DNA from: the human T2T-CHM13v2.0 reference genome, Homo sapiens
Length of the DNA: 64,000 bases
Reading direction: 5' to 3' (one strand)
Assembly (NCBI RefSeq): GCF_009914755.1
Contig: NC_060927.1
The notes beneath the pieces were generated by a model. It saw only the letters and a program-made list of their open reading frames with translations, was not told the DNA's origin and made no database searches. Shown here piece by piece: positions 30,740 through 44,890 of the stretch (positions are counted from its first letter, which is position 1; the number at the start of each line of letters is the position of its first letter). The position numbers were made by a program, and so were the translations under genes.

Positions 30740-31375
30740 TTCAGCAATCCACAGAGCAGCCAAAGTGATGTAAAATAAAAATAACAAAACCAAACAAAAA
30801 TGAAAATTTTATCATCCCCTTGCTTAAAGCCTTTCAATGGTGTTCCATTGCCACAAAAGAAGGTCCAAATGTATTTAATGCCCAAGGAATCTCTTCATGA
30901 TCTCTCCCCTGCTTACTTCTCTAGCCTCATCTCTCCCCCTCCTTTATCTCACCTCTTTTCTCCAATTGAACTCAACTTCTCTCAGTATCTCTAAATCTTA
31001 CATTCTCCTCTCTACCTGGATTAGTCTTCCCTCCCACATTTCCCATCCCCTCCTCTCTCACACCTCTTTCATTCATCTAACTCTATTCATCTTTCATAAG
31101 GTTCCAGCCTAGTCTTCATTTTCTCTGGAAGGCTCTCCTGACTCTCCACTATCATGGCGCCTCTCACATTTCATGGCGCCTCTCACATCTCATGGCATCA
31201 TTTAGAAAAACCTGTTACATGATTAGCACTGTTGTGATTGTACACTACATCTCTAACATTCATTTAACCAATATTAATTGAGCACTTATTATGCTTGGGC
31301 TCATTTCTAAGCACTGAGAAAACATCAAAGAACCAAGCAAACAGTCTCTGCCTCAGGGAATTTATAATCTGTACA
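30740..31375. mobile_element. L2 fragments (sense, then antisense 3' end)
   Basis: tgcttaaagcctttcaatgg (sense); cattcatttaacc...gagcactta...ctctgcctcaggga (antisense). Confidence 0.7.
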
Positions 31376-33439
31376 CACACTGAATATTTGGCAGCAAGAA
31401 CTGAGTGAAAGAAAACAGGACAGTAGAGAACAAAAGAAAAAGAACAGATCAAGAAGCGTATAGATTAAAATAAGAAAAAGCCAAGAGACATTCAAGATAA
31501 AAATGGAAAGGGCTCTTAGAAATCTGGATTGACCTTTTAAAAGACCTCACTCCACAATTGGATAAGCCCTCTTTTATTTTAAATCATCTTTTGCCACTGG
31601 CTTGTGATATCATTTGAAGATGATATAAATTATTTGTCGCTTCTTTCTACTTGCAGCCAAGTACATCCAGATTCTGTCATGTTATGCCACGCAGTGCTCC
31701 AGTGATGTCCTCCAAGAGCCATCTGCTGTCCACAATGAACAAGGCTTCAGAACCCAAATGATATACTTAAACCTGAGCAAAACAAGCTGGAAGCTTGTTT
31801 AAAAAGGCATTGCTTTGCCAAAATGTATTCACTGGAAAAATCTGCTATAAAACAGTGAATATATTATGCAAGTAAAATTAGACCTTTCAACCTGCTTGGT
31901 ATGATGCATGATTGCACACATTTACTGTAGTTGATTCTGCCAGATTTAAAGTGATTTTATTCTTTTTATGAGACATTTAGTGCAAAAGGTCAAAAGAGAG
32001 ATTTAGGATCCCTGTCATCCTTTTATTTTAGGAAAAAAAACACTCATTTACACCACTTTGGATCACAAGATACAAATCTTTAAGCCACAACAAACAAAGG
32101 ACAATAACAAACAAAAAAGAAATCAAACCAAATTTTGTATAATTTTGCACATAAAAAAGTGACAGATGCAACCCAAATTATAAAATTCTGTTTTGTAGGA
32201 ATGCGTTTCTAGTGATGGTAACATTGTGAAATCTCACTGCCTGCTATTCCAGTTGTCTAACCAAGTCTTCGCTGTCATGGCTATTGCTGCTGTCTCCAAC
32301 TTCACAATCATCAGTTTTTCTTAGACTCTTAGTGGCAGCAATTTCAGACAACTTGCAATTTCTTGGACATGAGACGCTGTGTCGCCCTTCTGTGCCTCTT
32401 ACTGTGAACTTTGTTTTCTCTGAAGGGGTGTCCTAGTCTTTTTGTCTTACTAGTCAAATTCTGACTTTTCTTGTCAGCTCTACCTAAAAGATTACCTCTA
32501 TTCTGAAGGTTTTTGCCTCCTCACACAGCCATCCCAAAGAACTGATCCCTCCTTTGTTTTGTTGTTTTTTTTTTTTTGCTGCCAATTGAATCTGGTACAA
32601 ACTTCTGTTAGACCCCTTACCCTCTGTGCTGTTATTATTTATTTATTTATTTACATCAATGTTTCTCTTACTGTAACATGAGCTCCCTGAGGACAAGAAG
32701 CATGTCTTCCTTGTGACTCTAGCACCTGGCATGTGAGATGTGTTCAAGAAACTCAAGACTAAGGGAATGAATGAATGAATGCCACCAGTGACCTTCAGTG
32801 CCTCTCTAGTGGTACCCTTTTTAAATTGAAAATTTAGACTGAGAAATCCCTGCTTTCTTTTTTTCCTTATCATTAATCAAAGTCATAATGATGACTAAAA
32901 AGGAACTGAAAGTCAAAATGTGATTTCTACTTATATAGTATAGTTCTGAGACTGTGCCTTTCATTTTACACCACTTTCCTAATTCATCCCAAGTCATCCT
33001 CCCAGCAAATAATCAATAAATTTACATTATAATCATAGCACCATACTAAATACTGTGAAGTAGCATTTAGTAAAAAGAAGAATGAAAGATCCTCCAAAAC
33101 TCTTATAAACTTTCTGGGAGGACAGTACATTCACCTTTTAAAAATTCAAATAATAGTACGTAGAGGTTACATGATGCTAGGTGCAAAATGAGTGAGGCAG
33201 ACAGTAAGTGTTATAGGCAGGCATAAGAGGAATAATCACTTTGATCATAAACCAGTAAGGATCTGAAAGTTCCATTGGTTTTAGAAATGAGAAAAGTTGA
33301 AAATACAGCATATTGTGTTGGAATAATGGAATGAAGAATAAAGGTTTGTATAAATTTTCTCAACTATGAACCTGAGGATGAGTAGACTGTCTTCCATTTT
33401 TTAATCAATTTACCCCAGCTTTAAAACCTACTTAAAATA

Positions 33440-35787
33440 TAATATGATTTGGCTATATGTCCCCACCCAAATCCACCTCCAATTGTTATCCCCACACGTC
33501 GAGGGAGGGACCTGGTGGGAGGTGATTGGATCATGGGACCAGTTTCCCCCATGTTGTTCTCATGATAGTGAGTGAGTTCTCATGAGATCTGATGGTTTAA
33601 AAGTGTTTGGCAGTTCCTCTCTCTCTCTCCTGCCACCATGTAAGATGTGCCTTGCTTTCTCTTCTCCTTCTGCCATGATTGTAAGTTGCCTGAGGCCTCC
33701 TCAGCCATGTAGAACTGTAAGTCAATTAAACCTCTTTTGTTTTTACCCAGTCTGAGGTAGTTCTTTATAGCAGAATGAAAATGGACTAATACAGAAAATT
33801 GGTGCCAAGAGTGGGGTACTGCTATAAAGATACCTAAAAATGTGAAAGCAACTTTGGAACTGAATAATGGGCAGAGGTTGGAACATTTTGGAGGGCTCAG
33901 AAGGAGACAGAAAGATGTGGGAAAGTTTGGAACTTCCTCAAGACTTGTTGAATGGTTTTGACCAAAATGCTGATAGTGATATGGACAATGATATCCAAGC
34001 TTAGGTGGTCTCAGATGGAGATGAGGAACTTATTGGGAACTGAAGTCACTTGCTATGTTTTAGCAAAGAGACCACTGACATTTTGCCCCTACCCTAGAGA
34101 TCTGTGAAACTTTGAACTTGAGAGAGATGATTTAGGGTACCTGGCAGAAGAAATTTCTAAGCAGCAGAGAATTAAAGATGTGACCTGGCTTTTTCTGAAC
34201 AAATACAGTTATATGTGTACACAAAGAGATGGTCTGAAATTGGAACTTATGTTTAAAAGGGAAGCAGAGTGTAAAAGTTTGGAAAATTTGAAGCCTGACC
34301 TTTTGGTAGAAAAGAAAATCCCATTTTGGGGGAAGAAATTCAAGCTACCAGCTGCAGAAATGTGCTTAAGTAAAGAGAGGTCAAATGTTAATCGCCAAGA
34401 CAATGGGGAAAATGTCTCCAGGGCATTTCAGAGATCTTCATGGCAGTTCTTCCCAACACAGGCCTGGAGGCCTAGGAGTGAAAAGTGGTTTCATTGGCTG
34501 GGCCCAGGGCCCCACTGCTCTGTACAGCCTGAGGACTTGGTGCCCAGTGTCCCAGCTGTGCCAGCTCCAGTCATGGCTAAAAGAGGCCAAGGTACAGCTC
34601 GGGCCATTGCTTCAGAGGGTGCAAGCGTCAGGCCTTGGTGGCTTCCATGTGATATTGGGCCTGCAGGTGTGCAGAAGACAAGAATTGAGCTTTGGGGGCA
34701 TCTACCTAGATTTCAGAGGACGTATGGAAATGCCTGGATGTCCAGGCAGAAGTCTGTTGCAGGAGCAGAGCCTTCATGGAGAACCTCTACTAGTGCAATG
34801 TAGAGGGAAAATGTGGGGTTGGAGCCCCCACCCATAGTCCCTACTGGGGCACTGCCTGGTGGAGCTGTGAGAAGAGGGACACTATCCTCAAGACCCCAGA
34901 GTGTTACATACACCTGGCCCCATGCAAGTCAAAAAAAAAAAAAAAAAGCCACAGGCACTCAACGCCAGCCTGTGAAAGCAGCCAATGGGGCTGTACCCTG
35001 CAGAGTCACAGGGGCAGAGCTGCCAAAGGCCTTGGGAGCCCACTTCTTGCATCAGTGTGGCCTGGATGTGAGACATGGAGTCAAAGGAGATTATTTTGGA
35101 ACTTTAAATTTAATGACTGCCCTGTTGGGTTTCAGACTTGCATGGGGCCTGTGGCCCCTTTGTTTTGGCTAATTTCTCCCATTCAGAACTGGAAGATTTA
35201 CTCAATGCCTGTACCTCCATTGTATCTTGGAAGTAACTAGCTTGTTTTTGATTTTATAGGTTCATAGGTGGAAGGGACTTGCTGTCCCAGATGAGACTTT
35301 GGATTTGGACTTTTCAGTTAATGCTGGAATGAGTTACAACTTCGAGTGACTATTGGGAAGGCATGGTTGCTTTTGAAATGTGAAAAGGACATGAGATTTG
35401 GGAGGGGCCAGGGTGGATTGATATGGTTTGGCTCTGTGTCCACATATGAATTTCATCTCAAATTGTAATCCCCACATGTCAAGGGAGGGATTTGGTGGGA
35501 GGTGATTGGATCTTGGGGGCAGTCTCCCCCCATGCTTCACTTCTTGTGATAGTGAGTTCTCATGAAATATGATGGTTTAAAAGTATTTGGCAGATGCTCC
35601 CTCACTCTTACTCTCTTCTGCCACCATGTAAGACATGCCTTGCTTCCCCCTCACCTACCGCTATAATTGTTAAGTTTCCTGAGGCCTTTCCAGCCATGTG
35701 GAACTGTGAGTCAATTCAACCCCTTTTGTTTATAAATTACCCAGTCTGAAGTAGTTCTTTATAGCAATGTGAAAACAGACTAATACA
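33440..35787 (+). mobile_element. Full-length THE1D-like MaLR provirus (LTR 33440-33793, internal 33794-35418, LTR 35419-35787)
   Basis: Two direct LTRs ending gactaataca; THE1-internal sequence with ORF remnant 34180-34803; polypurine tract gggaggggccagggtgga before the 3' LTR. Confidence 0.93.
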
Positions 35788-36776
35788 GAAAATATGAGCA
35801 TTTTAATAATTCTTTCAGCGAAAGTCTACCTTTAAAATAGATTTATTTGTATTAAACATATTTTGGTATTTCCAGCTCTAGGTACTTCCAGACATTTTTC
35901 CAAGTTCTTCTCCACCTTTGGGGGTGAGCCCTTCAGCCCCATCCTTTCCCTAGAGTGATGTTCTTCAGTCTTTCAGATGACTGTGCCCTCTTTCCTATTG
36001 AGTGTACTTCTGACTGAGTAGCTGACCCCAAACAGACTGCCTCTAAAGATGTCATTCTTCATCTTTTCTCTCCTCCTCAGATGATAGTCAGAGCTAGCCT
36101 TTCTGACAATGGTAATTTAAGGTCACTGTTCCATTCTAAACCAATATATCACAACACTACATGCAATAGCTGCAAAAGAAGACCTGCTGCTCAGATATGT
36201 TCCAAGCACTGTGGATCTGTCAGGAACAGTCTAACTTAATGTATAAAGAGCCTGTGGGCATAACAATGGCACAGGAAGCAACTGAGCTCTGCACTAACAC
36301 TTCCTGTCTGTTTCCTTAGACAGAAGTGAAGGTTGTTCCCTCTGTTTTAATTCACTGGGGTATTACATATATTAAAAAATCATAGAATATTAGACCTTCA
36401 TATGAACTACAAGATACAAGTCCAGTTCCCTCTATTTACAGAAAAATCTGTAACTTGCCTAAGATCACAAAACAGATTAGAGAAGAAAGAGGGCCAAGAA
36501 GCCAGGATTCAGCTCTACTGTTGTTTTGTCTCTCTACATTGCATGCTGCTTGTCCAAAACAAGCACCCCAGGATTTATGAGAATCACCCTTGTGTATACT
36601 TTGGAGTACTATTCAAGTTTTCCATTCTTTTTGGATATTTGTTTTTAAGCAGAGTTTGCAAATACTACTAGTATAAATATAGGTATGCTTCACTTTATGT
36701 AATTTATTTTCCTAATGACAGGATCTAAATCTTTTCCTCAAATAATTATCATCCAACCATGGATAGAGATAGATGG

Positions 36777-37651
36777 TGTATCAGTCAGCGATATGGTTTG
36801 GCTGTGTCTCCACCCAAATTTCATCTTGAATTCCCACGTGTTGTGGGAGGGAGCTGGTGGGAGGTGGTTGAATCGTGGGAGTAAGTCTTTCCCGTGCTGT
36901 TCTTGTGATGGTGAATTGGCTTCACAAGATCTGATGGTTTTAAAAATGGGAGTTTCCCTTCACAAGCTCTCTCTCTGTCTCTTTAGCTGCTGCCATCCAT
37001 GTAAGACGTAACTTGCTCCTCCTTGCCTTCCACCATGATTGTGAGGCCTCCCCAGCCATGTGGAACCATGAGTCCACTAAACCTCTTTCTTTTGTAAATT
37101 GCCCAGTCTCGGGTATGTCTTTATCAGAAGCAAGAAAATGGACTAATACAGTCAGGATTCTCCAGAGAAACAGAACCATTAGGATATATATATATATATA
37201 TAATTATGGGAATTCATTCCCGTGATTATGGAGGCTGAAAAGTCCCAGGATACGCCATCTGCAAGCTGGAGAACCAGGAAAGATGATGATATAATGCAGT
37301 TTTAACCCAAAGGCTAAGAAAAGGGCAGGGGCAGGGGAGAACTTGTATAGGTCCCAAAGTCCAAAGGTCTAAGAACCTAGAGTTCTGATGTTCAAGAGCA
37401 GCAGAAGATGGATGTCCCAGCTCCAGAAGAGAAAGCAAACTCACTCTTCCTCCACTCTTTTGTTCTATCTGGGCCCTCAGTAGATTGGATGATACCTGTC
37501 CTCAAGGAAAGCTTCTGTACTTAATCTACTGATTCAAATGCTAATGTTTTCCTCCAGAAACACTCTCACAACCACACTAGAAATAATGTTTTACCAGCTA
37601 TCTGGTCATCCCTCAGGCCAGTCAAGTTGACACATAAAATTAATCATCACA
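36777..37651 (-). mobile_element. MLT2 solo LTR interrupted by THE1A
   Basis: tgtatcagtcag...gattctccagagaaacagaacc...taatcatcaca; TSD GATGG/GATGC. Confidence 0.88.
36789..37150 (+). mobile_element. THE1A-like solo LTR
   Basis: gaattcccacgtgttgtggg and gccatccatgtaagacg; perfect TSD GTCAG at 36784-36788 and 37151-37155. Confidence 0.92.
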
Positions 37652-40600
37652 GATGCTACAGGGATTAATCATTGCTTTGTATTAGTATTATTCTCACAGT
37701 GCAACCTGATAAGAAAGCAAAGTACCCACTCTTTAATGTTACACATCAAATTGATACCACTGATATAAAAATGCTTTATAAAACTGTCAAATGTTATATA
37801 TCTGAAGAGTTATATTTTCATTAAAAATTTAATGTATTAAATATCTCAATATTAACAATTGCCAATGGCCTGGAATAATTAATCTTTCACTCCCCTTTAT
37901 GATTTATGTTGTACATTTTTTAAAAATAAAATCCATTACTTTTGTGTTAATTTCCATAGTTCTTTGCAATAAATACTACAAATAAGAAACTTTAAAAATC
38001 ATTATTTAAAATACACTGGGGAGGGTAGGCTGGGGTAGGTAGTCTTCTGTACAGCTGGGTTTAAAAAAGTGAGAGAGAGAATACCTCAAGAGAGATGTTA
38101 GAGAAGAGTACTGCTATCCAGATAAGAGTGGGAATAGTATTTCTTAACTCATTTTAACATATTATCAGCTATCCCCCTGAGTCTTTACCATGCAGTATGT
38201 TTTCAAAACCATAAGAAGTGATAGGTTGTTTTGAAAAAATTGCCTGTACTGTCAGTAGTGTTTAAGTTATCTAAACTCAGATACAATGGCAGTTCTCATA
38301 ATAAAGTACATATTTATTCTCCCACACTAAAGTAGCATTGTGTCCTACATTATCTACCTTATAGGATGAAATAGAAAATCCACTTTTACAGATGTCCCCC
38401 AGAATAGTGTTACTCACTTAATGATGTAGCACCTATGTTCTCAGTGAAAGAGAATACTGAGAAATAGATGGCAATGAATTATTTTCAGGAGCAATTTAAG
38501 AGGAAGCAGGTGAAAAGGATCCTAATTCTTCAGGGTTTGAATAGCACGATAAGCAGTGTTTTATTACAGGAACAACAAAAAATTAGCATTCACTGAGCTG
38601 CTTATACATTTAAACAATGAATAAAAATGTAGTGTAGTTCTAAGTATTGCAAATGAGGAGAGGAGGAGGAGAGTCTTTCCATAGTTAAGAATTTTTTTAG
38701 CAAGTAGAAAACAAAGCTGATGATTTAGCTATTCATGTTTATTTGAAATTGTTTCTCATCTGCCCCTATTCTCTATGAAAAATACACTGTAAAACAAATT
38801 TCAAAAGGAGATAATTGTGTATTTCATAATCAGATGGAAGCGTAGGCTTAGAGTTAGGGTGGGGGAGGGATAGGGCAGCAACACCGACAGGGCCAGGAAG
38901 ATAATGGAAATAGGTCAAGTGTGTCTGATGAAAGACTTGGTGAGAGGGTGGAGCAGACGCTCTAGAGAGCCCATGCCCTGTCTAAAGACATTTAGTTTCA
39001 GTTTAAGGAAACAAAATAAAAATAACTTAGCCATGAAAAGCCTAAATTCAGACCTTTTTCAACCCAAGGACCAATAGTTGGTGAGCTCTGGGTTCATGAA
39101 ATATAAAACCCTGAGACCTCAGTGAACACCCTCATGAAGATCCTCAGCACACATAATGAAAACCTCAAACAAGGGAGAAAAAATCTCATATAAGATTTTT
39201 TAAAAATTTAGTTTCATATGTTTGTTACCTAAAACAATGCTGTTTACCATCGATTTCTGCAGTGCTTATCAGCTTATAAAAATTGGTTATTAAGAACCAA
39301 TATTTTAAAAATACTGTGCCAAAAAAAGGTTCTTTTGCTTAGGGTAAGAGTGTTTTTAATCTGGCATCTGTGAATCTTGAGACATTGATACGAAATTGTG
39401 TGCCCCTGCACAATCCCATGTGCATGCATGCATGTCTGTACACATATGACTGTGTCTACATGTGTATTTCAAGGACAAGCGTTTCATAGCTTACCTAGTG
39501 TGCCATGACCTCAGAAAGAGAATAGAAACACACAGGAAAAGCAAGCAATCCAGACACAATCCTTATCAGGCTGGTCAAGCTGCAGACAGAAGTCTGGCCT
39601 GCCAGCACTCAACCATAAATGATATTATATGATGACAGAATTCTACCTGTGAAATATTAAGATGAATGCAATTTGTCTCCAGTCTTGGAAGGGCACTGGG
39701 AGGACAATGGCAGGGGTTTAAGCATGGGACTAAACTCACTGGACCAAGACACACAGATTTCCTTGAACTGGGCAAGACAAGGTCTAAATTACTAGAACTG
39801 TGTCAGAGACTGTCCATCAGCAGAATTGACTTTGCACCTCTGACTCCTAAAATCTGCTGTTTGAGAAGATCATCCCTAAGCCTGGGCATGGTAGGGGTGA
39901 GTTCAGTGATTCCACATGAAGGAATTGAGATGCTGATCTGGGCTGGAAGCCAAATGAGTCCAAAAAAAGACAAACTTTGGATACATAATTAAGGAAACAG
40001 ATAACATTTACTGAGTGTACACTGGGTGCTGGCTGCTAAGAGGTGCTTTATGTGTACCATCTCATTTAATCCACTTAACAAATGTTATCTAGAAGCCAAA
40101 ATATGAGAAGTTTCTCCTTTGTAGCTATAAATGAATTCATTCCACTATTAGCCTTCAAACTTTCTTCAAGTAAAGACAGATATTATTTCCATATTTCAGA
40201 AAAGGACAAAACTTTCCAGAGTACCAAAGTTTCCCTAAATTTGTAAATCTCAATAAAGGAGGAATACACATGCCTCTCTGAAAGAGGCTGGGCACATAGT
40301 TTTAAAACACATGCACAATATAATATCGTTTTACACTATAAAATAATTTGTTGATTTGGGAATACAAACTAGGAAGTGATGCACGAGAGATGGATTTCTT
40401 TCTCAAGATCAGTGATTCTCAAGAGTAAGAGGACTATCCCCCTAGTTAGGGTTGTCTGTTCTAACTAGTGAATTTGAGATCATTCTGTGACTTGCTGTGA
40501 CTTTTTGGGACACCATAGTGAATTAAGGCAGAAGGCCCCAGAATGCTGACCTCTCCACAAAAGCTGCTGAAACGAGACCACCTCTGCCACACATAATCCC

Positions 40601-42061
40601 ACCAACAAGAAATTATAACTTAAAGTCATCCTCCAGTAAGCACATTAATGCCTTCTTTGTCTGACATCAGTAAGACTCCATATGATAAGCTTTCCAAATA
40701 ACCAATGGTTACCCATTAAGAGTTAAAAAATAAAAAGAAAGAAAAAGTCAAACCTTGGTTTCAAACCTTTCCAATATATATTATTCATGCTGTTGTCTTC
40801 TTAAACAAAGTGTTTAAGTTACTTTCCCTCTTGCTTACCACTCACGATCACCACTGTAACCATGAATTATTGGCCAGGGATGTAACCTAAAGTGTGCTTG
40901 CCTCCTTTTCTGTCTGCCATCAGGCTGTCTGCTCACACGGTCTTGGTACCCACTCGTATGGCCTATCTCTTTACAATTTAATGAGAGCTGAGAAATTGTG
41001 GGCAAATGTCAAAACTCATTATAGTTTACTATTTTATGGTCATTAATTCAAATCCCTTCATTTTGCAGTTCTGAAATCTAAGACTCCGAGGATTAAGCCT
41101 TGCCCAAGGTCACACAGTGAACTATAGTAAAGTTGCATCTTACAATTTGTATTTCAGAAAGAAAAATATTGTTTAGTCAAAATTGCTCTTAAGGATTTTT
41201 TAAATTATGCTTTAGTATAATATATACTCATTAATTGAGTACTATAGAGATAGATTGAGAACAGAGCAAAAGTCTACAGACAGATTACTGTCTATTCAAA
41301 CCGTTCACCTTCAAGATAACCATCAAATCTAGTAAATGAGAAACAGAGAGAGACATTTTAAGTGTTCTTGCTTCTCTACAGAATTTTTCCATTTGGTTCC
41401 AGTATTAAGCCTCTGTATCCTTACTACATTTCAATTGATTGGTCTCTCCTCTGCAGATTAGAGGCTTATATAGTAATACTCAGGTGTTAAATGCACCTAT
41501 AATACAACTCCACTCTGGGGATATAGGGCAGACAAAGATACACAAATATACAGTACTTCTTGTTCCCTCATTAGCACTTTTTCAGCTACAACTACCTACC
41601 TATTTATCAGACAACAATCTCTGAATATGACTTGGAAAACAAAAACACAAAAGTTTTACTAATAAACATTTTAGTACCCCTCCAGTTTACTTATTTCCTG
41701 TTTTTCTTTTGTTCCCTAAGTTATTAAGTTTGCTCTGTAAGAGAAGTATTAGTAAATGAGAAGCCATTTGAGTTACATTCAGTCACTTTGATTAGCATCT
41801 TTGGTAATTTTTTTCTCTCTCATAAACATATGGTAAAGCAACATGTAATGTTCCAATAATTGTGATTTCAAATCTAAAGTACTATTTGTTCATTCCCGAA
41901 ACCTGAAGCAAACATCTGGTGGTTAATGCTTTAAGAAAAAAAGTACCTTAGTGCATTACCTCTGTATATGATTCAAGATCATGGGCAAAAATATGTAGAT
42001 GAGATCAAGCCACAAAAGTTTAAGTTGATCCATTCAATTAAAAAAGGAAAAAGAAAAGATG

Positions 42062-42373
<312 letters not shown>

Positions 42374-42708
42374 GAAAAGACCCAGGTGCTTCTGTGTTTC
42401 CTCTAATGTAAGGAACGGAGACTATGCAGTGCCTGAAGGACTTCTTCCTTTCTGCCTCATCTTGCAATTAGATATAAACTGTATCCCGTATATATCCTCC
42501 CATTGGAACAAAAGATGTGACTGCTTCCCTATCCCTATTCCATGTATGCTCAGAATTATTCCAGTTTGTGCATACCATCAGGTTCATATTATCATGCATT
42601 TTGTTAATTCAAATTCTATTTCCTACATTAAACTTATGTCCCATTTTTTCTTGTTTTATTTTAAGATTTATTCCAGTTCATACTTTCCATTTAAAGACAG
42701 CAGTTGTT

Positions 42709-43087
<379 letters not shown>

Positions 43088-43127
43088 TTAACAAAGTGTT
43101 TTGAAAAAAAAAATTTTATAGTGGTAG

Positions 43128-43514
43128 TGTATTAGTCTGCTAGGGCTGCCATAACAAAACACCACAGACTGGGTGGTTTAAACAATAGGAATTTATTTCT
43201 CACAGTTCTAGAGGCTGGAAGTCCAAGATCAAGGTGCTGACAGCTTGGCTTCTCCTAAGGCCCCACTCTGTGGCTTACAGATGGCTTCTTCTTGAGGATG
43301 GCCTCAAATGGCTTTTTCTCTGTGCCTGCATGCCTCTGATACCTTTTCATCTTCTTATAAGGAAAGAACAAAGTCATATTAGATGAGGGCCATACCCTTA
43401 TAATTTTATTTGACCTTAATTACTTCTTTAAAGACCCTATCTCAAAATATAGTCACAGTGGGGGTTAAGGCTTCAATGTATGAATTTTAGGGGAACACAA
43501 TTGAGTTCATAACA
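43128..43514 (-). mobile_element. MLT1A/B solo LTR
   Basis: tgtattagtctgctagggctgccataac...cataaca; TSD GGTAG/GGGAG. Confidence 0.9.
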
Positions 43515-44158
43515 GGGAGCAATGCCATTAATCAAATATTCTGTAATACCTTCCCCTTACAGAAAAAAATAAAACCGTATGAAGGAAAGTGATAACGTTG
43601 TCACTTATATGTGATATCAAATTATTCAAAATATAAATTTATATGTGAATAATTTATATGAAATATCATTTATAGGTGAATGAGTAAATGAACATAAAAT
43701 AACCATTAACTCTGCTTTTTGACCTATCTTAATAGAACCCACAAAGATTTAGCAAAGGAACAGCCAGGCAGGCTAGCAAGTCACACTCTTACATATTGTT
43801 TTCTGGAACAAAGAAAGATCCAGCATGAGAAATGCCAGATGGGACTGCTGCCCTTGCCCTTGTATATGTTCTCGGGTCAAATTGACAAATTTGGACTTTG
43901 TTCTCTGGAAATGTGGCTTCCATATTGGAAACAAACCTGAATCTTACTTAAATAGCTCAATATGCAGAGCCACAAGACTGAGGCACTTTAGTCACAAACA
44001 TACAATAAAACAAGAATACTCTAGTATTGGTGCACAAATACAAGTAGAGGTATCCTTACCCCCTTGTGAAGATCACACCCATTTTTTAGAACATGACTTT
44101 ATGTCCAATTGGATCACTTGCAGTGTTCTCATTTCTGAATTTTTTTAGTGCTTTGGAT

Positions 44159-44386
44159 TAGGGTAGATAGATTTAGTAAATAAAAATATAGAGTGCCCAG
44201 TTAAGTTTGAATTGCAGATAAACAATGATTTGGTTTTTTTTAAGTATAAATATGTCTCATATAATATTTGGGATGTACTTATACCAAAAAATTCCCTTGT
44301 GGAACATACTTATAATGAAAAATTATTTGTTATTTATCTGAAATACAAATTTAACCATGAGTCCCTTATTTTATCTGGCTACCCTA
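44159..44386. mobile_element. MER53 palindromic hAT MITE
   Basis: TAGGGTAG...CTACCCTA terminal inverted repeats; 8-bp TSD CTTTGGAT/CTTTGGGT. Confidence 0.88.
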
Positions 44387-44850
44387 CTTTGGGTTCAAGA
44401 ATGAATTTTCTCCCCTTGCAACTCCCTGCCCCCCAACACTCTTAAGCTACTGTCACCAACTTTGTAAATTTAATTCCCTAGTCTTAATTTGGTGCTGCCT
44501 TTAACCTCTGCCCCAATGCATGAAAACCTCGGGCTTCAGGCTTCCTTCTATTGGGCTGCTTTGATATGTGGTTACAGAATCCCTGTGCTTAAGTATTACA
44601 TCTTTACATCATATGACAGCATTAATATACATAAGGTACTCAATAATATGGTGAGAAATTTCTAAACCTTGAAATTTCCAAGCCCTGGGCTCAGTTTGCT
44701 CACTTATAAAATCAAGGGAGTGGATTCAAGGTGTTTTCCCCAAGGTTTCTTCTAACAATTCCATGCTACTAGTCTTTGAAATGAGTGTTCCATTAATGCT
44801 CTCATTTGCCTTGTAAAACCTAAATTGTTCCCATTTTGGATGAATCCGTT

Positions 44851-44890
44851 CCCGCCCCCCCCACCCCCCCCCCCCACCCCCCCCGCCGCG
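44851..44890. repeat. Poly-C tract (C3-G-C8-A-C12-A-C8); G-quadruplex-forming on the minus strand
   Basis: Read directly from the sequence. Confidence 0.95.

Noticed and set aside
34180-34803. Longest ORF (207 aa) as a novel gene
   Set aside because: Lies within THE1 internal sequence; it is a MaLR ORF remnant with a non-ATG start.
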